Below are positions 56,600 to 64,000 of a stretch of 64,000 nt of DNA, piece by piece. The stretch comes from Azolla caroliniana. Taxonomy: Eukaryota; Plantae; Polypodiophyta. The first letter of the stretch is position 1; every line of letters begins with the position of its first letter. Under the pieces are notes generated by a model, which searched no databases, was not told the origin of the DNA, and saw only the letters and a program-made list of their open reading frames with translations. The translations under genes and the position numbers were made by a program. The DNA is taken from the NCBI GenBank assembly GCA_043228905.1, contig JBHGNT010000087.1, positions 31,819-95,818 on the forward strand. The letters run 5' to 3'.

Positions 56600-58130
56600 G
56601 TTCGCATGTTTGAACACAAAAATCCGATATCACACGAGCCAGGTATGAACGGTTTCATTTACTCACGGCCCCTTCTCCACTCCCTCCTCAAATTTGCTAA
56701 TTTCATCATGTCTCTCGACCTGAGTTTCAAAATCTTGATTTTTTAATTCTATATCATAGCTAGCTTTGTTTGCTTCGATTCGCATGTTTGAACACAAAAA
56801 GCAGATATCACACGAGCCAGGTAGGAACATTTTAATTTCCGAACGGGCTCTTCTCCACTTCCTCCTCTAATTTGCTAATTTCTTCATGTCTCTGGACCTG
56901 AGTTTCAAAATCTTGATTTTTTAATTCCATATCATAGCTAGCGTTGTTAGCTTCGAATCGCATGTTTGAACACAAAAATCCGATATCACACGAGCCAGGT
57001 ATGAACATTTTCATTTACTCAAGGACTCCTCTCAACTCTCTACTCAAATTTGGTAATTTCGTCATGTCTCTCGACCTGAGTTTCAAAATCTTGATCTTTT
57101 AATTGCATATCATAGCTAGCGTTGTTAGCTTCGTTTCGCATGTTTGAACACAAAAATCCGATATAACACGAGCCAGGTATGAACATTTTCATTTACTCAA
57201 GGGCTCCTCTCAACTCACTACTCAAATTTGGTAATTTCGTCATGTCTCTCGACCAGAGTTTCAAAATCTTGATCTTTTAATTTCATATCATAGCTAGCGT
57301 TGTTAGCTTCGTTTCGCATGTTTGAACACAAAAATCCGATATCACACGAGCCAGGTATGAACATTTTAATTTACCTACTAGCTCTTCTCAACTCACTCCT
57401 CAAATTTGCTAATTTCGTCATGTCTCTCGACCTGAGTTTCAAAATCTTGATTTTTTAATTCCATATCATAGCTAGCGTTGTTAGCTTCGAATCGCATTTT
57501 TGAACACAAAAATCCGATATCACACGAACCAAGTATGAACATTTTAATTTACCTACTAGCTCTTCTCAACTCACTCAAGAGCTCCCCTCAACTCACTACT
57601 CAAATTTGCTAATTTCGTCATGTCTCTCGACCTGAGTTTCAAAATCTTGATTTTTTAATTCCATATCATAGCTAGCGTTGTTAGCTTCGAATCGCATATT
57701 TGAACACAAAAATCCGATATCACACGAGCCAGGTATGAACATTTTCATTTACTCAAGGGCTCCTCTCAACTCACTACTCAAATTTGCTAATTTCGTCATG
57801 TCTCTCAACCTGAGTTTCAAAATCTTGATTTTTTAATTCTATATCATAGCTAGCTTTGTTTGCTTCGATTCGCATGTTTCAACACAAAAATCCGATATCA
57901 CACGAGCCAGGTAGGAACATTGTCATTTCCGAACGGGCTCTTCTCCACTCCCTCCTCTAATTTGCTAATTTTTTCATGTCTTTCGACCTGAGTTTCAAAA
58001 TCTTGATTTTTTAATTCCATATCATTGCTAGTTTTGTTAGCTTCGATTCGCATGTTTCTACACAAAAATCCGATATCACACGATCTAGGTATGAACATTT
58101 TGATTTACTCATGGGCTCTTCTCAACTCCC

Positions 58131-58160
58131 TCCTCAAATTTTGTTTATAAAATCAAGACT
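58131..58160. other. Satellite orientation switch (inversion junction)
   Basis: The forward monomer ends ...TCCTCAAATTTTGT about 91 bp into the unit and is followed directly by TTATAAAATCAAGACTTTACAACTCAGGTCGAGAGACATG in reverse orientation. No intervening unique DNA. Confidence 0.93.
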
Positions 58161-59071
58161 TTACAACTCAGGTCGAGAGACATGAAGAAAATACCAAACT
58201 TAAGGAGGTCGTAGACTAGACCCGGGGAGTAAATGAAAATGTTCATACCTGGGTCATGTGATATCAGATTTTTGAGGTCAAACATACGAATCGAAGCTAA
58301 CAACGCTAGCTATTATATGGAATTAAAAAATCAAGATTTTTAAACTCAGGTCGAGAGACATGAAGAAAATACCAAACTTGAGAAAGTCGTAGACAAGAGC
58401 ACGGGAGTAAATGAAAATGTTCATATCTGGGTCATGTGATATCGGATGTTTGAGGTCAAACATGCGAATTGAAACTAACAACGCCAGCTATGATATTGAA
58501 TTTAAAACTCATGATTTTGAAACTCCAGTGTAGAGACATGAAGAAAATAGCAAACTTGAGAAAGTCGTCGACAAGAGCGCGTTACTAAATGAAAATGTTC
58601 ATACCTGGGTCATGTGATATCGGATTTTTGAGGTCAAACATACGAATCGAAGCTAACAACGCTAGCTATTATATGGATTAAAAAATCAAGATTTTTAAAC
58701 TCAAATCGAGAGACATGAAGATGATAGGAAACTTGTGGAGGTCGAAGACAAGATCCCGTCAGTAAATGAAAATGTTCATACCTGGGTCATGTGATATCGG
58801 ATTTTTAAGGTCAAACATGCGAAGCGAAAATAACAACGCCAGCCATGATATGGAATTTACAACTCAGGATTTTAAAACTCCGGTCTAGAGACATGAAGAA
58901 AATTGCAAACTAGAGAAGGTCCTCGACAAGAGCGCGTTAGTAAATGAAAATGTTCATACCTGGCTCGTGTGATATCGGATTTTTGTGGTTAAACATGCGA
59001 ATTGAAGCTTACAATGTTAGCTACGATGTGGAATTAAACAGTAATCATTTTGAAACTCAGCTGGAGAGATA

Positions 59072-62000
59072 TGAAGAAAATACCAAACTTGAGGAGGTCG
59101 TAGATAAGAGCACGGGAGTAAATAACAAGGTTCATACCTCGGTCATGTGATATCGGATTTTTCAGGTGAAACATGTGAATCGAAACTAACAACGCTAGCT
59201 ATCATATGGAATTGAAAATTCAAGATTTTTAAACTTAGGTCGAGACACATGAAGAAAAAAGCAAACTTTAGGTGGTCGTAGACAAGAGCACGGGAGTAAA
59301 TGCGAAAGTTCATACCTGGGTCATGTGATATCGGATTTTTTACGTCAAACATGCGAATCGAAACTAACAACGCCAACTATGATATGGAATTTAAAACTCA
59401 GGATTTTGAAACTCCGGTCCAGAGACATGAAGAAAATAACAAACTTGAGAAGGTCGTAGACAAGAGCGCGTTACTAAATGAAAATGTTCATACCTGGCTC
59501 GTGTGATATCGGATTTATGTGTTTAAATATGTGAATCGAAGCTAACAACGCTAGCAATGATATGGAATTAAAAAATCAGGTTTTATAAACTTAGGTCGAG
59601 AGACATGAAGAAAATACCAAACTTGAAGAGGTCGTAGACTAGACCCGGGGAGTAAATGAAAATGTTCATACCTGGGTCATGTGATATCGGATTTTTGAGG
59701 TCAAACATACGAATCGAAGCTAACAACACTAGCTATTATATGGAATTAAAAACTCAATATTTTTAAACTCAGGTCGAGAGATATGAAGAAAATACCAAAC
59801 TTGAGGAGGTCGAAGACAAGATCCCGTAATTAAATGAAAATGTTCATACCTGGGTCATGTGATATCGGATTTTTGAGGTCAAACATGCTTATCGAAACTA
59901 ACAACGCCAGCCATGATATGGAATTTACAACTCAGGATTTTGAAACTCCGGTCTAGAGACATGAAGAAAATAGCAAACTTGAGAAGGTCGTAGACAAGAG
60001 CGCGTTACTAAATGAAAATGTTCATACCTGGGTCATGAGATATCATATTTTTGAGGTCAAACATGCGAATCGAAACTAACAACGCCAGCTATGATATGGA
60101 ATTTAAAACTCAAGATTTTGAAACTCAGGTCGAGAGACATGAAAAAAATACCAAACATGAGACGGTCGTAGACAAGAGCACCGAAGTAAATGAAAATGTT
60201 CATACCTGGGTCATTTGATATCGGATTTTTGTCTTCAAACATACGAATCCAAGCTAACAACGCTACCTATGATATGGAATTAAAAAATCAAGATTTTTAA
60301 ATTCAGGTCAAGAGACATGAAGAAAATAGGAAACTTGAGGAGGTCGTAGACAAGATCCCGTGAGTAAATGAAAATGTTAATACCTCGGTCAGGTGATATC
60401 GAATTTTTGAAGTCAAACATGCGAATCGAAACTAACAACGCCCGCTATGATATGGAATTTAAAAGTCAGGATTTTGAAACTCCGGTCTAGAGACATGAAG
60501 AAAATACCAAACTTGAGGAAGTCGTAGACTAGACCCGAGGGGTAAAGGAAAATGTTCATACCTGGGTCATGTGATATCGGATTTTTCAGGTCAAACATGC
60601 GAATCAAAACTAACAACGCCAGCTATGATATGGAATTTAAAACTAAACATGAGGCGGTCGTAGACAAGAGCACCACAGTAAATGAAAAAGTTCATACCTG
60701 GGTCATGTGATATCGGAATTTTGTCTTCAAACATACGAATCGAAGCTAACAACGCTAGCTATGATATGGAATTAAAAAATCAAGATTTTTAAATTCAGGT
60801 CGAGAGACATGAAGAAAATAGGAAACTTTAGGAGGTCGTAGACAAGATCCCGTGAGTAAATGAAAATGTTCATACCTGGGTCATGTGATATCTGATTTTT
60901 GAGGTCAAACATGCGAATCGAGGCTTCCAATGCTAACTATGATATGGCATTTAAAAATCAAGATTTTGAAACTCAGGTCGACAGACATGAAGAAAATACC
61001 AAACTTGAGGAGGTCGTAGATAAGAGCACGGGAGTAAATGACAAGGTTCATAACTCGGTCATTTGATATCGGATTTTCCAGGTGAAACATGTGAATTGAA
61101 ACTAACAACGCTAGCTATCATATGGAATTGAAAATTCAAGATTTTTAAACTCAGGTCGAGAGACATGAAGAAAATACCAAACTTTAGGTGGTCGTAGACA
61201 AGAGCACGGGAGTAAATGCGAAAGTTCATACCTGGGTCATGTGATATCGGATTTTTGAGGTGAAACATGCGAATAGAAACTAACAACGCCAGCTATGATA
61301 TGGAATTTAAAACTCAGGATTTTGAAACTCCGGTCCAGAGACATGAAGAAAATAACAAACTTGAGAAGGTCGTAGACAAGAGCGCGTTACTAAATGAAAA
61401 TGTTCATACCTGTCTCGTGTGATATCGGATTTATGTGCTTAAACATGCGAATCGAAGCTAACAACGCTAGCAATGATATGGAATTAAAAAATCAGGATTT
61501 ATAAACTTAGGTCGAGAGACATGAAGAAAATACCAAACTTGAACAGGTCGTAGACTAGACCTGGGGAGTAAATGAAAATGTTCATACCTGGGTCATGTAA
61601 TATCGGATTTTTGAGGTCAAACATACGAATCGAAGCTAACAACACTAGCTATTATATGGAATTAAAAACTCAATATTTTTAAACTCAGGTCAAGAGACAT
61701 GAAGAAAATACCAAACTTGAGGAGGTCGAAGACAAGATCCCGTAATTAAATGAAAATGTTCATACCTGGGTCATGTGATATCGGATTTTTGAGGTCAAAC
61801 ATGCGAATCGAAACTAACAACGCCAGCCATGATATGGAATTTACAACTCAAGATTTTGAAACTCCGGTCTAGAGACATGAAGAAAATAGCAAACTTGAGA
61901 AGGTCGTAGACAAGAGCGCGTTACTAAATGAAAATGTTCATACCTGGGTCATGAGATATCGGATTTTTGAGGTCAAACATGCGAATCGAAACTAACAACG

Positions 62001-62384
62001 CCAGCTATGATATGGAATTTAAAACTCAAGATTTTGAAACTCAGGTCGAGAGACATGAAGAAAATACCAAACATGAGACGGTCGTAGACAAGAGCACCGA
62101 AGTAAATGAAAATGTTCATACCTGGGTCATTTGATATCGGATTTTTGTCTTCAAACATACGAATCCAAGCTAACAACGCTACCTATGATATGGAATTAAA
62201 AAATCAAGATTTTAAATTTCAGGTCCAGAGACATGAAGAAAATAGGAAACTTGAGGAGGTCGTAAACAAGATCCCGTGAGTAAATGAAAATGTTCATACC
62301 TGGGTCATGTGATAACTGATTTTTGAGGTCAAACATGCGAATCGAAGCTTCCAATGCTAACTATGATATGGCATTTAAAAATCA
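59072..62384 (-). repeat. Degenerate 8-mer (1424 bp) HOR with an internal 3-mer duplication (observed offset 1916 bp)
   Basis: TAGATAAGAGCACGG at 59101/61017; identical ORFs at 60057/61973 (1916 = 11x178-42); 60853 matches 62277 (1424 = 8x178); AAACATGAG variant at 60153/60645 (492 = 3x178-42). Confidence 0.8.
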
Positions 62385-62639
62385 TGGTTAATACCAAGGT
62401 TCATACCTCGGTCATGTGATATCGGATTTATGTGTTTAAACATGCGAATCGAAGCTAACAACGCTAGCTATGATATGGAATTAAAAAACCAAGATTCTTA
62501 AACTCAGGTCGAGAGACACGAAGAAAATAGGAAACTTGAGGAGGTCGTAGACAAGATCCCTTGAGTAAATGAAAATGTTCATACCTGGGTCATGTGATAT
62601 CTGATTTTTGAGGTCAAACATGCGAATCGAGGCTCCCAA

Positions 62640-63665
62640 TGCTAACTATGATATGGCATTGAAAAATCAAGATTTTGTAACTCAGGTTGAGACGCATGAA
62701 TAAAATACCAAAGATGAGGAGGTTGTAGACTAAAGCCCGTGAGTAAATGAAAATGTTCAAACCTGGCTCGTGTGATATCGGATTTTTTTGTTTAAACATG
62801 GGAATCGAAGCTAACAGCTAGCTATGATATGGAATTAAACAATCAAGATTTTGAAACTTAGATCGAGAGACATGAAGAAAATACCAAACTTGAGGAGGTC
62901 GTAGACAAGAGCCTGGGAGTAAATCAAAATGTTAATTTCTGGGTCATGTGATATCGGATTTTTGAGGTCAGACATGCGAATCGAAACTAACAACGCCAGC
63001 TCCGATATGGAATTTAAAACTCAAGATTTTGAAACTCCGGTCTAGAGACATGAAGAAAATACCAAACTTGAGAAAGTCGTAGACAAGAGCGCGTTACTAA
63101 ATGAAAATGTTCATACCTGGCTCGTGTGATATCGGATTTTTGAGGTGAAACATGCGAATCGAAACTTCTAGTGCTAACTATGCTATGGCATTGAAAAATG
63201 AAGATTTTGAAACTCAGGTCGAGACGCATGAATAAAATACCAAAGATGAGGAGGTTGTAGACTAAAGCCCGTGAGTAAATGAAAATGTTCAAATCTGGCT
63301 CGTGTGATATCGGATTTTTTTGTTTAAATATGGGAATCGAAGCTAACAACGCTAGCTATGATATGGAATTAAAAAATCAAGATTTTGAAACTTAGATCGA
63401 GAGACATGAAGAAAATACCAAACTTGAGGAGGTCGTAGACAAGAGCCTGGGAGTAAATCAAAATGTTCATTTCTGGGTCATGTGACATCGGATTTTTGAG
63501 GTCAGACATGCGAATCGAAACTAACAACGCCAGCTCCGATATGGAATTTAAAACTCAAGATTTTGAAACTCCGGTCTACAGACATGATGAAAATAGCAAA
63601 CTTGAGAAAGTCGTAGACAAGAGCGCGTTACTAAATGAAAATGTTCATACCTGGCTCGTGTAATA
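62640..63665 (-). repeat. 3-mer tandem duplication in the inverted array (532-534 bp offset)
   Basis: GACGCATGAATAAAATACCAAAGATGAGGAGGTTGTAGACTAAAGCCCGTGAG at 62691/63223; the GAGCCTGGGAGTAAATCAAAATG monomers at 62881/63415. Confidence 0.85.
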
Positions 63666-64000
63666 TCGGATTTCTGTGTTTAAACATGCGAATTCAAGCT
63701 TACAATGTTAGCTACGATGTGGAATTAAACAATCAACATTTTGAAACTCAGGTCGAGAGACATGAAGAAAATACCAAACTTGAGGAGGTCGTAGACAAGA
63801 GCACGGGAGTAAATGAAAATGTTCATACCTGGGTCATGTGATATCGGATTTTTGTGTTCAAACATACGAATCGAAGCTAACAACGCTAACTATGATATAG
63901 AATTAAAAAATCAAGATTTTTAAACTCAAGTCGAGAGACATGAAAAAATAAGAAACTTGAGGAGGTCGAAGACAAGATCCCGTGAGTAAATGAAAATGTT

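Larger units (their letters stand above)
1..58144 (+). repeat. Homogeneous 178-bp tandem satellite array (~326.5 monomers), candidate centromeric/heterochromatic satellite
   Basis: GTTTGAACAC recurs at 1, 179, 357 and onward. Phase is fully explained by indels of +10 (13392), -1 (~19352), +1 (~29111), +10 (34940), +10 (36908), -27 (~53322) and +22 (57577); e.g. monomer start 55718 = 1+313x178+3. Strand label is arbitrary. Confidence 0.98.
58145..64000 (-). repeat. Inverted, more diverged subfamily of the same 178-bp satellite (~33.5 monomers)
   Basis: Reads as the reverse complement of the left monomer (AAATGAAAATGTTCATACCTGG..GTGATATCGGATTTTTG..AAACATGCGAATCGAAGCTAACAACGCTAGCTATGATATGGAATT). 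Subfamily differences include GAGGAGGTCGTAGACAAGAGC versus GAGGAGTGAGTTGAGAAGAGC. Deletions of 42, ~71 and 2 bp explain the phase. Confidence 0.96.

Noticed and set aside
1091-58098. Repeated 60-68 aa ORFs (MKMFIPGSCDIGF...) as a small-peptide gene family
   Set aside because: They appear only where the rare D monomer happens to remove a stop codon. They lie wholly within satellite, and the 178-bp period is not a multiple of 3. No gene context or recognisable domain.
58100-58200. Transposon terminal inverted repeats or a recent fold-back palindrome at the junction
   Set aside because: No TSD or internal element is present. The two arms are different subfamilies and break at different monomer positions.
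58944-63841. Short ORFs on both strands of the inverted block, including the 111-aa ORF
   Set aside because: They are overlapping translations of diverged satellite monomers in several frames, with no evidence of coding constraint.
1-64000. CRISPR array or other repeat-spacer system
   Set aside because: The variable segment is only ~7-13 bp with a few recurring alleles rather than unique spacers, and there is no leader or cas gene.
1-64000. 5S rDNA, tRNA or snRNA tandem array
   Set aside because: I see no recognisable 5S, tRNA or snRNA sequence or Pol III box arrangement in the monomer.

Overview
The whole 64 kb window is one eukaryotic-type tandem satellite with a 178-bp monomer (about 38% GC; consensus starts GTTTGAACACAAAAATCCGATATCACACGAGCCAGGTATGAACATTTT). 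I see no genes, RNA genes, transposons or CRISPR arrays, and all listed ORFs are chance reads of the satellite. Positions 1-~58144 are a very homogeneous head-to-tail array of about 326.5 monomers. It is built from two main monomer types, two rare types, and many higher-order duplications (2- to 38-monomer offsets) arranged in layered domains. At ~58144/58145 the array switches strand with no intervening sequence, into about 33.5 monomers of a related but more diverged subfamily with its own 8-mer/3-mer structure. This resembles the edge of a centromeric or heterochromatic satellite array, but centromeric function and species cannot be established from sequence alone. I did not find a novel protein-coding system. 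The interesting signals are the inversion junction, a fixed-length hypervariable cassette in each monomer, layered HOR evolution and microhomology-type indel scars.
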